Assembly: GCA_016722375.1 (NCBI GenBank)
Contig: JADKJG010000004.1
Span: 66,867-130,866, forward strand
Reading direction: 5' to 3'
DNA length: 64,000 nt
From: Bacteroidota bacterium
GTDB lineage: Bacteria > Bacteroidota > Bacteroidia > Chitinophagales > LD1
Below, piece by piece: positions 1 through 8,529 of the stretch. Numbering within the stretch: the first letter of the stretch is position 1; each line of letters starts with the position of its first letter. The notes below the pieces were generated by a model. It ran no database searches. It was given only the letters and a program-made list of their open reading frames with translations, and was not told where the DNA came from. The translations under genes and the position numbers were made by a program.

Positions 1-1125
1 GTTTTGTTCATAGACCGCGACGGAACCATTATCCTTGAGACGGATAATTTTATGATTGATTCCTTTGATAAACTAAAGTTCTTTCCGAAAGTATTTCAGT
101 ATCTCGCACGGGTTGCCTGCGAGATGGATTTCGAATTGGCTTTAGTCACCAATCAGGATGGGTTGGGAACTAAGGAATTCCCCGAAGAAAATTTCTGGCC
201 TGTCCAAAATTTTATCATGGAGACTTTTAAGGGAGAAGGCGTTGAGTTTAAGGAGGTTCATATTGACAAATCATTTCCGCACGACATGCTGCCAACGCGC
301 AAACCGGGCACCGGAATGTTGACAAAATATTTTTCGCCTGAGTATGATTTGAAAAACTCGTTCGTTATTGGCGACCGGATTACGGATGTGATGCTGGCTA
401 AGAACCTCGGTTGTAAATGTATCTGGCTGAACGATGGCAGAGGCTTAGGCGTAACTGAAATCTCGGAAAAGGAACAGGAACTGGCCGAGTATATTGCCCT
501 CGATACCCGCGACTGGGAAAAGATTTACAATTTTCTGAAAGGCGGATCGAGAAGGACAAGACATATTCGCACTACCAAAGAAACCTCTATCGTGGTAGGA
601 GTTGATTTAGACGGAACCGGTAAGGCGGAAATATCTACCGGTTTGAATTTCTTTAATCACATGTTGGAGCAGATTGCCAGACATGGTGGTATTGATTTGA
701 AGATAGTTGCCAAAGGAGATTTGCACATTGACGAACACCATACTATAGAAGACACCGCGATTACTCTGGGCGAAACATTTCTTAAAGCTTTAGGCGATAA
801 AAGAGGAATTGAGCGCTATGGTTATTGTCTGCCGATGGATGATGCCTTGGCACAAGTGGCCATTGATTTCGGTGGAAGGAATTGGATTGAATGGAACGTT
901 GAATTCAAAAGAGAAAAGGTAGGCGATGTGCCTACCGAGATGTTCTTTCATTTCTTCAAGTCGTTCAGCGATGCAGCCAAATGCAACCTCAACATCAAAG
1001 CCGAGGGCGAAAATGAACATCACAAAATCGAAGCCATCTTCAAAGCATTTGCCAAGGCCATTAAAATGGCGGTGAAGCGTGATGTGACCAACCTTCAACT
1101 ACCTTCCACAAAAGGGCTCTTGTGA
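1..1125 (+). CDS. hisB: bifunctional histidinol-phosphatase / imidazoleglycerol-phosphate dehydratase (5' end a few codons outside window)
   Basis: ORF 4..1125. HAD motif FIDRDGT sits at the very N-terminus. IGPD motifs [12 protein letters not shown] and [10 protein letters not shown] are present. The frame is open to the window edge. Confidence 0.9.
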   Translation, partial: VLFIDRDGTIILETDNFMIDSFDKLKFFPKVFQYLARVACEMDFELALVTNQDGLGTKEFPEENFWPVQNFIMETFKGEGVEFKEVHIDKSFPHDMLPTRKPGTGMLTKYFSPEYDLKNSFVIGDRITDVMLAKNLGCKCIWLNDGRGLGVTEISEKEQELAEYIALDTRDWEKIYNFLKGGSRRTRHIRTTKETSIVVGVDLDGTGKAEISTGLNFFNHMLEQIARHGGIDLKIVAKGDLHIDEHHTIEDTAITLGETFLKALGDKRGIERYGYCLPMDDALAQVAIDFGGRNWIEWNVEFKREKVGDVPTEMFFHFFKSFSDAAKCNLNIKAEGENEHHKIEAIFKAFAKAIKMAVKRDVTNLQLPSTKGLL

Positions 1126-1709
1126 AAGTAGTCATCATCAATTACGGAGCCGGCAATACACAATCCGTGAAGTTTGCATTGCAACGATTAGGCGCAAGCC
1201 CGATATTGAGCGATGATAAAACCGAAATACTTTCCGCCGATAAACTAATCTTCCCAGGTGTCGGTCATGCAAAAGCGGCGATGAATGTGTTGAAGGAGAA
1301 ACAGCTCGACCGTTTGATTCCACAATTAAAGCAGCCGGTGTTAGGAGTCTGTCTCGGCATGCAACTTATGTGCCGATTTAGTGAAGAAGGAAATACAGAC
1401 TGCCTTGGCATTTTTGATGAAACGGTTAAACTCTTTGAGCCAAAACTCAAAGTGCCGCACACGGGCTGGAATCAGGTCATCACTTCTTATCCAGCAACTA
1501 ACAACCAACAACTAACAACTAATGAAGACTGGTTCTACTTCGTTCATAGTTACTACGTTCCAAAAAATGAATACACCACTCTGAGTTGCAATTACATCAC
1601 GGAGTTCTCTGCCGCGATTCAGAAAGACAATTTCTACGGTATGCAGTTTCATCCCGAGAAAAGCGGCGAGGCCGGAGAAAAATTACTCATGAAATTTTTA
1701 GAGCTATAA
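1122..1709 (+). CDS. hisH: imidazole glycerol phosphate synthase, glutamine amidotransferase subunit
   Basis: Class-I GATase motifs GVCLGMQL (Cys nucleophile) and FHPEKS. The GTG start overlaps the hisB stop (GTGA, 1122-1125). Confidence 0.9.
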   Translation: MKVVIINYGAGNTQSVKFALQRLGASPILSDDKTEILSADKLIFPGVGHAKAAMNVLKEKQLDRLIPQLKQPVLGVCLGMQLMCRFSEEGNTDCLGIFDETVKLFEPKLKVPHTGWNQVITSYPATNNQQLTTNEDWFYFVHSYYVPKNEYTTLSCNYITEFSAAIQKDNFYGMQFHPEKSGEAGEKLLMKFLEL

Positions 1710-3208
1710 TGTTCATTATACCCGCCATAGATATCATTGACGGACATTGCGTGCGCCTTTCGCAAGGCGACTATGCGCAGAAGAAAATCTACAACGAGAA
1801 CCCGCTCGAAGTCGCGAAAGAATTTGAAGCAGCAGGTATCGAGCGCCTACATCTGGTTGATTTGGATGGAGCGAAGTCGCATCACATCGTTAATCACGCC
1901 GTTCTTAAAGAAGTATCGGGCAACACCTCTCTGCAAATTGATTTTGGCGGCGGAATAAAAAGTGATGAGGATGTAAAGCTCGCCTTTGAAAACGGAGCAA
2001 AACAAATCACCGTGGGCAGTATTGCCGTAAAATCGCGCGAGACAGTTTTAAAATGGTTGAAGCATTATGGCCCCGAGAAAATAATTCTTGGTGCCGATGT
2101 AAAAGGCGAATCCATCGCCATCAACGGATGGCAGGAAAGCAGCTCGCTCAATCTTTTCGACTTCCTAGAAGATTACATTCAGCAAGGTATCCGGTATGTT
2201 ATCTGCACCGACATTTCTAAAGATGGCATGTTGCAGGGACCCTCCTTCAATCTTTATCAAAAAATTCTTTTGCGTTTTCCTGAAGTAAAACTGATTGCCA
2301 GCGGAGGCGTTAGCGAGATGAATGATTTAATCCGTCTGAACGAAATGGGTTTGTACGGCGCTATTGTCGGCAAGGCAATTTACGAGGGAAATATTTCGCT
2401 TGATCAACTCTCTTCATTTCAAAGCCCTTCCCTTCGGGGAGGGTTGGGAGGGCTTGCCAAACGTATCATCCCTTGCCTTGACATCAAAGATGGGCGCACG
2501 GTCAAGGGGGTCAACTTTGTCAACCTGCGCGATGCGGGCGATCCGGTGGAGCTTGCCAAAATTTATGCGGCCGAAGGAGCCGACGAACTCGTGTTCCTCG
2601 ACATCACCGCCACGCACGAGCGCCGAAAAACTTTGATTGAACTGGTAGAGCGCGTGGCGCAGAACATCAACATTCCTTTCACCGTTGGCGGCGGAATTGC
2701 CTCGGTGGATGATGTCTATGCCTTGTTGCAAAGCGGGGCCGATAAAGTTTCGGTCAACTCCGAGGCGGTGCGCCATCCGCAACTGCTGAATGAAATCTCT
2801 GACCGGTTCGGCAATCAATGTTTGGTGTTGGCGATAGATGCCAAAGAGGTGAATGGAATTTGGAAAGTATTTCTCAACGGCGGGCGACTGGAAACCGAAA
2901 GAGAATTGTTTGAGTGGGCGAAGGAGGGCGAGCAACGCGGTGCCGGTGAAATTCTTTTCACCTCTATGAATCACGACGGAACAAAGAACGGATTTGCGAA
3001 CAATGCCTTGCGGCAACTTTCTCAAACCGTCAACATACCGGTCATTGCATCCGGTGGCGCCGGAACCATGCAGCACTTTTTCGATACCTTCACCGAAGGC
3101 AAAGCCGATGCCGCTTTGGCTGCCAGCATTTTTCACTTTAAAGAAATCAGTATCCCCGATTTGAAAGCATATCTCAAACAAAAAGGATTAGTCATACGAA
3201 GCTATTAG
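1709..3208 (+). CDS. hisA/hisF: HisA-HisF in-frame fusion as assembled (ProFAR isomerase barrel about 1709-2425, linker, cyclase subunit about 2444-3208)
   Basis: ATG 1709 overlaps the hisH stop (TAATG). HisA motifs [10 protein letters not shown] and GGGIKS run through to GKAIYEG. The linker [14 protein letters not shown] follows, then His[20 protein letters not shown] through to ASGGAG. No stop codon lies between the two barrels. Confidence 0.8.
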   Translation: MFIIPAIDIIDGHCVRLSQGDYAQKKIYNENPLEVAKEFEAAGIERLHLVDLDGAKSHHIVNHAVLKEVSGNTSLQIDFGGGIKSDEDVKLAFENGAKQITVGSIAVKSRETVLKWLKHYGPEKIILGADVKGESIAINGWQESSSLNLFDFLEDYIQQGIRYVICTDISKDGMLQGPSFNLYQKILLRFPEVKLIASGGVSEMNDLIRLNEMGLYGAIVGKAIYEGNISLDQLSSFQSPSLRGGLGGLAKRIIPCLDIKDGRTVKGVNFVNLRDAGDPVELAKIYAAEGADELVFLDITATHERRKTLIELVERVAQNINIPFTVGGGIASVDDVYALLQSGADKVSVNSEAVRHPQLLNEISDRFGNQCLVLAIDAKEVNGIWKVFLNGGRLETERELFEWAKEGEQRGAGEILFTSMNHDGTKNGFANNALRQLSQTVNIPVIASGGAGTMQHFFDTFTEGKADAALAASIFHFKEISIPDLKAYLKQKGLVIRSY

Positions 3209-3223
3209 GATGAAAAGATATTT

Positions 3224-3278
3224 CGCACAGAGGCACGGAGAATACAATTCTCGGCTGTTATCTCTGTGTCTCCGTGCG
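3224..3278. repeat. REP-like long hairpin (CGCACAGAGGCACGGAGA / TCTCTGTGTCTCCGTGCG) between hisF and hisIE
   Basis: 18-bp arms with 1 mismatch and 2 G-U pairs, and a 19-nt loop. It uses the same CACG..AGAG / CTCTG..CGTG word family as the hairpin at 8178-8270. Confidence 0.6.
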
Positions 3279-3312
3279 ATAAATAATAATTTATAAAAAG
3301 GAAAAACGGACT

Positions 3313-3909
3313 ATGAAAATTGATTTCACCAAAGGCGCGGGACTTGTTCCCGCCATCATCCAGGACGCTGCTACCGGTGCGGTGCTCATGCTCGGCTTTA
3401 TGAACGAAGAAGCCTTTCAGAAAACGCAGACCGAAAAGCGCGTCACCTTTTTCAGCCGCAGCAAAAACCGCTTGTGGACCAAGGGTGAAGAGTCCGGCAA
3501 TTTTCTTGATGTGGTTTCCATCCTGATTGATTGCGACCATGATACGCTTCTTATAAAAGCAAAACCCCACGGACCGGTGTGCCACACCGGTACCGATACC
3601 TGTTGGAATGAAAAGAACAGCGCCCCTCCGCTTGCTTTCCTTGCCGAACTGGAAGCCACCATCGCCGCGCGCAAAAATGCAGCGCCGGAAGATTCATACA
3701 CCGCAAAACTTTTCTCCAAAGGCATCAACAAGATTGCACAGAAGGTGGGCGAAGAAGCCACCGAACTCATCATCGAAGCCAAGGATGACAATCCGGATTT
3801 GTTTCTGAACGAAGCCGCCGATTTGTTGTTCCACTACCTCATCCTGCTGCGTGCAAAGGGCTATGGACTGGCCGATGTCATCACCGTGCTCGAAGGCCGT
3901 AAGAAATAA
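3313..3909 (+). CDS. hisIE: bifunctional phosphoribosyl-AMP cyclohydrolase / phosphoribosyl-ATP pyrophosphatase
   Basis: HisI motifs (FFSRSKNRLWTKGEESGN, CDHDTLL, GPVCHTG) are followed by a HisE region (YTAKLF, KVGEEATE). Confidence 0.9.
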   Translation: MKIDFTKGAGLVPAIIQDAATGAVLMLGFMNEEAFQKTQTEKRVTFFSRSKNRLWTKGEESGNFLDVVSILIDCDHDTLLIKAKPHGPVCHTGTDTCWNEKNSAPPLAFLAELEATIAARKNAAPEDSYTAKLFSKGINKIAQKVGEEATELIIEAKDDNPDLFLNEAADLLFHYLILLRAKGYGLADVITVLEGRKK

Positions 3910-4040
3910 GCAAATCATTTGGGCGGCTTACGGGCTTTCGGCTATATCTTTTTCGACTCGCTTATATTTTAAAGGATGAAAAAGGATGCCGCCTCTATCC
4001 CGGCCGCAGTGCAGCGCTCTTCATCAAGTTCTATAGATAA

Positions 4041-4067
4041 AAACAAAAGTCTTTAGGACGTTTGTTT
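4041..4067 (+). terminator. weak A/T-rich stem-loop downstream of hisIE
   Basis: AAACAAAAGTC-tttag-GACGTTTGTTT, an 11-bp stem with one mismatch followed by TT. Confidence 0.3.
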
Positions 4068-4100
4068 TTGAATAGCACAAAACAAATACTGACTGTGCAT

Positions 4101-4256
4101 TATAGCTCCGTAGGAGCTATATGTTTGGTAGTAAATAAACAGCCACTCATTCAATTTCCGTCGGAACGTTCGATACAAAACATTCGGTCGCCCCGATGGG
4201 GCTTGGCTTGGTTGACTGTAAATTCTCTACCAAAGGCTTTGACCCTACGGGTCAAG
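4101..4256. repeat. cluster of short GC hairpins with 3-nt loops (MITE/REP-like filler)
   Basis: TATAGCTCC-gta-GGAGCTATA (4101-4121), GCCCC-gat-GGGGC (4190-4202) and CTTTGACCC-tac-GGGTCAAGG (4237-4257). There is no convincing ORF. Confidence 0.4.
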
Positions 4257-4411
4257 GAATCAGTGCCACACATCTTTATATAAGCTTTCGAACACTTATG
4301 GGCACAGCCTACGCTCAGTTGGGTTTGATGTTTGCAGAGATTTTTATGCATTACTGCTACCATCCATTTCCCGCAACCAATATCTATTTATTGCGCGAAT
4401 ACAGCCCAAAA

Positions 4412-4655
4412 ATAAGGGCCCTTCGGCACGGCACAAGGGCCCTTCTCTTTCCGATGAGGACCCTTGTCTGACGGATGAGGGTTCTTCTCTGGCAGCGAAG
4501 GGCTCTCCTCTCTGCCATAAGGACCCTTATCCAGAGAATAAGGACCCTTGTTTATTGCGACAAGGACCCTTGACTGGCGCATGAGGTTCCTGTTCTGGAA
4601 AATGAGGGCCCTTGGGTGGCTGACAAGGACCCGAAAATTGAAAATAAGAGTCTAT
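4412..4655. repeat. 12-copy tandem array with 21-bp period, core AAGGRCCCTT
   Basis: Cores start at 4414, 4435, 4456, 4477, 4498, 4519, 4540, 4562, 4583, 4604, 4625 and 4646. The spacers are divergent. Confidence 0.9.
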
Positions 4656-4672
4656 GCTAAGAGCGTAAAACG

Positions 4673-4702
4673 CAAAAACCCCGCAAAAAGCGGGGTTTTT
4701 TG
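4673..4702. terminator. bidirectional rho-independent terminator
   Basis: AAAAACCCCGC-aaaaa-GCGGGGTTTTTT. It has an A-run on one side and a T-run on the other. It sits 25 nt past the stop of the minus-strand gene 4727-5389. Confidence 0.8.
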
Positions 4703-4726
4703 AATAAAATGAACCTTTGAAGGGGT

Positions 4727-5389
4727 TTAAGATGTTGCTCCTAAAGCAATAATAATAGAATTGGCGGCGCTCCAGGGACCTGCACCCGCAGAATTTACCG
4801 CCCGCACCTGTACCCAAACCCGCTGACCTGCATGAGCCGGATTGGAAAGGTCAATAGCAGTAGAAGAAACATCATGGTCGAACGGCACCCAGACGATGGG
4901 GTCTGTGCCAAAAGGGTCATTGAAAGTGTAGCGCATGTTGTACCAAATATGGCCGAAGTGATGCACGGCATCCCAATGCGCATCTATGTGTCCGAACAAG
5001 TCATTGTGCGTTAAAGAAAGATTCTGAGCCTGCGGCGGACTCGTAACATCGGGAGCATTGAAGTCCTGAATAAACATGTTAGCGCTTTCAATAATCGCCG
5101 GGTCGCCACCACTCACGTTTTGAACGTATGCCGTTACTTTTACGCCTATATCCATCGCTGCCTTCTTTTTCAGTTTAGAGTCGGCCACCGCCATGCTCAA
5201 CTGATGCTTTAGAGTGGTTACCAGCGTTTCGGCTGCTTCCCAGGCATCGGTGGCCAGAGTCCAGTCTGCCAAGGATGGAAGGGGTACTGAAAAATTAATA
5301 TTGCCGGTCATCGCTGCGATGCAGGCGCGGAAGAGGGCGATGACCACCGTGGCGGTCTTGCCATACATTTTTAAGATTGCTTTGCTCAT
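4727..5389 (-). CDS. hypothetical protein with helical N-domain and FN3-like C-terminal domain (paralogue P1)
   Basis: 220-aa ORF. It aligns with 28242-28850 (MTGN.NF..P.P.LAD, AYVQ, GG..II.S) and has an FN3-like tail (RVWVQVRAVNSAGAGPWS). Confidence 0.75.
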   Translation of the reverse strand: MSKAILKMYGKTATVVIALFRACIAAMTGNINFSVPLPSLADWTLATDAWEAAETLVTTLKHQLSMAVADSKLKKKAAMDIGVKVTAYVQNVSGGDPAIIESANMFIQDFNAPDVTSPPQAQNLSLTHNDLFGHIDAHWDAVHHFGHIWYNMRYTFNDPFGTDPIVWVPFDHDVSSTAIDLSNPAHAGQRVWVQVRAVNSAGAGPWSAANSIIIALGATS

Positions 5390-5482
5390 ATAGTTTTTGT
5401 TTTAGAACTGCAAAAGTATATGCGGCGGGCATTGCGGCAGAAAAAGGTGATGAATGGCCACCAAGTGGGTATGAACGGCGAT

Positions 5483-5908
5483 TTAGTCCGGTATTTTGGC
5501 CTTTATTTTTCCGTGCGGAAAATAAATTTCGCGCACTTTTTTGATGTGTGTCTTCGAAACGGCCACCGTCATTCCGTTGGACATTAGGAGGTGTAGTTGT
5601 TTACTGGCTGTTTTCGCCTGATAGCAGTCCACCACATGTTTGCGGTTGATAATCACCCCGCGATTGACGGTCATAAACTCGGGGAGCTTCAACAGGTGGC
5701 AGTCCTTTACGGTCAGCTTCACATAGTATTCTCTGGATTTAGGAGACCCGCTCCCTTCGTCCTGCTCCAAGTGGTGATACCGGATGTAGTTAGACAGCTT
5801 GGTGGCCAGCACCAGTTGGTCGTAAAAAATTCTAACAGATCGTTCGAAACCCTGCACAGGTAGCAAGAAATAATCATCCATAGCGATATTGGGTTTTTGG
5901 TGTACCAA
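5483..5908 (-). CDS. stand-alone LytTR-type DNA-binding domain protein
   Basis: 141 aa. LytTR-like core FMTVNRGVIINRKHVV through to MSNGMTVAVSKTHIKKVRE. No receiver domain. Confidence 0.6.
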   Translation of the reverse strand: MVHQKPNIAMDDYFLLPVQGFERSVRIFYDQLVLATKLSNYIRYHHLEQDEGSGSPKSREYYVKLTVKDCHLLKLPEFMTVNRGVIINRKHVVDCYQAKTASKQLHLLMSNGMTVAVSKTHIKKVREIYFPHGKIKAKIPD

Positions 5909-6094
5909 AATGACAATTGTGTATGCCTTGCTAAGATAAAGCGGAAAAGGGAAATTGTCAAGTGGGGGTTATTCAGCTATATGCTGGATGCTTGGAAGGG
6001 TGTGGGCTATGCCTACACCCAGGAGGCGGGATTCCACATTCGCTATGTTTAAATCGAAAAGCTCGACTACTCAAATAATCTTTTTATTCGCCCA

Positions 6095-7582
6095 ATGGCA
6101 AAACACCAACTGAAACCCCACACCATCTATTGCGGCGACAACCTCAAGATGCTGCAAGAAGTGCCCGACGAATCTGTTGACCTTGTTTATATAGACCCGC
6201 CCTTCAACAGCAACCGAAACTATGAAGTGTTTTGGGGCGATGCCGCCGAAAAGCGCGCCTTCAACGACCGCTTTGGCGATGCACAAGCCTACATAGACTA
6301 CATGCGCCCCCGCGCCGAACAACTTTATCGCGTGTTGAAAAAGACGGGCAGTTTCTATTTCCATTGCGACTGGCACGCCGACTCTTATGTGCGCCTCATG
6401 TTGGATGAAATATTTGGGGCAAATAATTTTCGCAATCATATTATTTGGCAAAGAACCAATGCACACAATGATGCAAAGAGTCAGTTTGGTGTAGTGAACG
6501 ATTCTATTTTCTATTATGCTAAATCAGATAAAACTTCTTTTAATGTTCAATACACTGCTTACGATGAAGATTACATCAAGAACTTTTACAGGTTCGATGA
6601 TAATGATGGGAAGGGAGTATATCGGATGGGTGACATGTCAGCACCAGCAGGTGGAGGAATGGCTGCAATAAACAAGAAAACCGGAAAGTCAAATGGATGG
6701 TACTACTATAAAGGATATGAACCACCAGAAAGAGGTTGGAGATATTCCGAAGAAACCATGAAGAAATTGGATGAAGAGGGTAAAATTTATTTTCCGATAG
6801 ATAAAAAAGGAGTTCCTGACTTTAAAAAGCGGCTGGCTTTCAAAAGATATTTGAACGAACAAAAAGGGCAATTGATTTCAAATGTCTGGACGGATATACA
6901 AAACCTGCAAGGTGCATCGAAAGAAGCATTGGGCTACCCTACACAAAAACCCATTGCGCTGATGGAAAGAATACTGGAAGCGAGCAGCAACAAAGGCGAT
7001 ATAGTGTTAGATGCTTTTTGCGGATGTGGCACTACTTTGGTGGCAGCGCAAAAGCTGGACAGAAAATGGATAGGCATAGACATTTCGCCCACCGCTTGCC
7101 GCGTGATGGCGCAAAGACTTTGGGATATTTTTAAACTGGATGAAGGCAAAGACTTTGAACTTTCCGACTTGCCACACACCGAAGAAGAACTGCGGCAGAT
7201 TCCGCACTTCGAGTTTGAGAACTGGGCGGTCATTGCCCTCGGCGGCATTCCAAACAAAATCAAAGTGGGTGATTATGGAATAGATGGAAAACTTTATCCG
7301 GTAGATTTAGTAAAGCAGAAGAAAACCGGCTCCGATTTGTTTGGCGACAGCGATATTTATTATCCCATCCAAGTGAAACAAAAAGACAAAGCGGGCCGAC
7401 CCGACATTGATGCCTTTGAAACCGCCATCCGCCGCGACGGCCGCCGCAAAGGCTACTTCATCTCTTTCGACTACACCTCCGATGCCATCAAAGAAATCAA
7501 GCGCCTCGACAAAGACGGCGAAATAGAAATTGTACCGATTACGGTGAAGGATTTGTTGCGGAAGGAGAGTTGGGGAAATTAG
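6095..7582 (+). CDS. beta-class N6-adenine/N4-cytosine DNA methyltransferase fused to a C-terminal Mrr-like (PD-(D/E)XK) restriction-endonuclease domain
   Basis: Motif IV VYIDPPFNS is N-terminal and motif I VLDAFCGCGTT comes later (beta permutation). The C-terminal about 130 aa (FEFENWAVIALGG, GDYGIDG, IQVKQ, GYFISFDYTSDA) match the Mrr catalytic-domain pattern. Confidence 0.8.
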   Translation: MAKHQLKPHTIYCGDNLKMLQEVPDESVDLVYIDPPFNSNRNYEVFWGDAAEKRAFNDRFGDAQAYIDYMRPRAEQLYRVLKKTGSFYFHCDWHADSYVRLMLDEIFGANNFRNHIIWQRTNAHNDAKSQFGVVNDSIFYYAKSDKTSFNVQYTAYDEDYIKNFYRFDDNDGKGVYRMGDMSAPAGGGMAAINKKTGKSNGWYYYKGYEPPERGWRYSEETMKKLDEEGKIYFPIDKKGVPDFKKRLAFKRYLNEQKGQLISNVWTDIQNLQGASKEALGYPTQKPIALMERILEASSNKGDIVLDAFCGCGTTLVAAQKLDRKWIGIDISPTACRVMAQRLWDIFKLDEGKDFELSDLPHTEEELRQIPHFEFENWAVIALGGIPNKIKVGDYGIDGKLYPVDLVKQKKTGSDLFGDSDIYYPIQVKQKDKAGRPDIDAFETAIRRDGRRKGYFISFDYTSDAIKEIKRLDKDGEIEIVPITVKDLLRKESWGN

Positions 7583-7618
7583 GGAAGAGATCCAGAAGCA
7601 ACAAAGTAAAATAGAAAT

Positions 7619-8089
7619 ATGTCTCAATCATCATTACAAGTGCTAATTGGAGTACTGTCAATATTGGTAGTATTAATTACCGTTTTTTTAAAAAAATCAC
7701 ATGATGAATTAAGAGATGTTAAGTCAAAACTATCTGAAAAAAAATTTGATACCTATAATGAAATACTGGCGGTGCTTTTTGACATTGTAAAGCAGCAACA
7801 GAAGCTAACGACAATATCAGAGGATGAAACTTTAAGTCGTCTAATGAATGTAAAGAGGGACTTAATGTTGTATGGAAATGATAAAATTATTCGAAAGTTT
7901 TTTGAGTGGGAAGAAAATCAACTGAAAGTTGGCTATCGTTTATGGAATTGGGCAGAATTGGCTGCTTTAGCAAGGAGAGATATGGCCTACCAATCTACAT
8001 CTATCACTGCCGACGATATTTTGAGATCTCTATTTAGAAATCGGCACGAGTATTTGGAATTCAAAGAGGAATTTATCCTCAAAAAATAA
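7619..8089 (+). CDS. hypothetical single-pass membrane protein
   Basis: 156-aa ORF with an N-terminal TM helix (VLIGVLSILVVLITVFL). It is AT-rich relative to its neighbours and starts 37 nt after the MTase stop. Confidence 0.55.
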   Translation: MSQSSLQVLIGVLSILVVLITVFLKKSHDELRDVKSKLSEKKFDTYNEILAVLFDIVKQQQKLTTISEDETLSRLMNVKRDLMLYGNDKIIRKFFEWEENQLKVGYRLWNWAELAALARRDMAYQSTSITADDILRSLFRNRHEYLEFKEEFILKK

Positions 8090-8177
8090 TCGAAATTCCC
8101 CTACCGGTAGGCGTCTCACCAAACTAAATAGGTGGACGAAGACTACAAAAGTCTTTAAAACCTTTGGTTTTGACTTT

Positions 8178-8270
8178 ATTTCACGCAGAGGGCGCAGCGT
8201 AGCTGGGAACACAGAGAAAATACAGTAAAAAGACTCCATACTCTGCATCTCTGCGCGCTCCGCGTGAAAT
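8178..8270. repeat. REP-like long hairpin (ATTTCACGCAGAGGGCGCAG / CTGCGCGCTCCGCGTGAAAT)
   Basis: About 20-bp imperfect arms with an approximately 50-nt loop. Same word family as 3224-3278. Confidence 0.55.
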
Positions 8271-8529
8271 GTATTCTTGATTTGAAAAGACCTTGTAAGG
8301 ACAATCTATATTGATGAGCGCTGAGCTGCGCGAGAGATTGCAGTGGAAATCCTTTTCTTCTTTTAAGAATATACGAGTAGAAAAGATTGGAACGTAAAGC
8401 CCGACCGACGCCGAGGAACGAGGCGGGGGACGCGCCATTATTTTTTGCATTGTGTTTGTTTGGGTATTGATTAGGAATAGGTTGTTTAGGGATAATGGGG
8501 GAAGGCGATTGGTGGCGCGATAAAATTTA

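Noticed and set aside
1488-1522. A low-complexity CAACTAACAACCAACAACTAACAACTAA run in hisH ([10 protein letters not shown]), considered as an insertion or slippage site.
   Set aside because: It is in frame and of normal length for this variable loop of HisH. There is no exact tandem unit, so it is not noteworthy.
1586-1708. An upstream extension of the HisA ORF (the track start at 1586) overlapping hisH.
   Set aside because: The extension overlaps the hisH 3' end in another frame and gives a non-HisA-like peptide. The ATG at 1709 yields the canonical [10 protein letters not shown]-terminus.
2414-3181. Long antisense ORFs inside conserved genes: 2414-3181 opposite hisF, 11686-12417 opposite glyQS and 29545-30123 opposite fabG and its neighbour.
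   Set aside because: The opposite strand encodes clearly recognisable conserved enzymes. The antisense ORFs have no motifs and are typical shadow ORFs.
4388-4817. Minus-strand ORFs 4388-4582 and 4527-4817 translate the 21-bp array into KGP-containing heptad repeats.
   Set aside because: The periodic peptide is a trivial consequence of a 21-bp DNA repeat. The reading frame is split between two overlapping ORFs and runs through the terminator and into the 3' end of the real gene 4727-5389. There is no credible start context.
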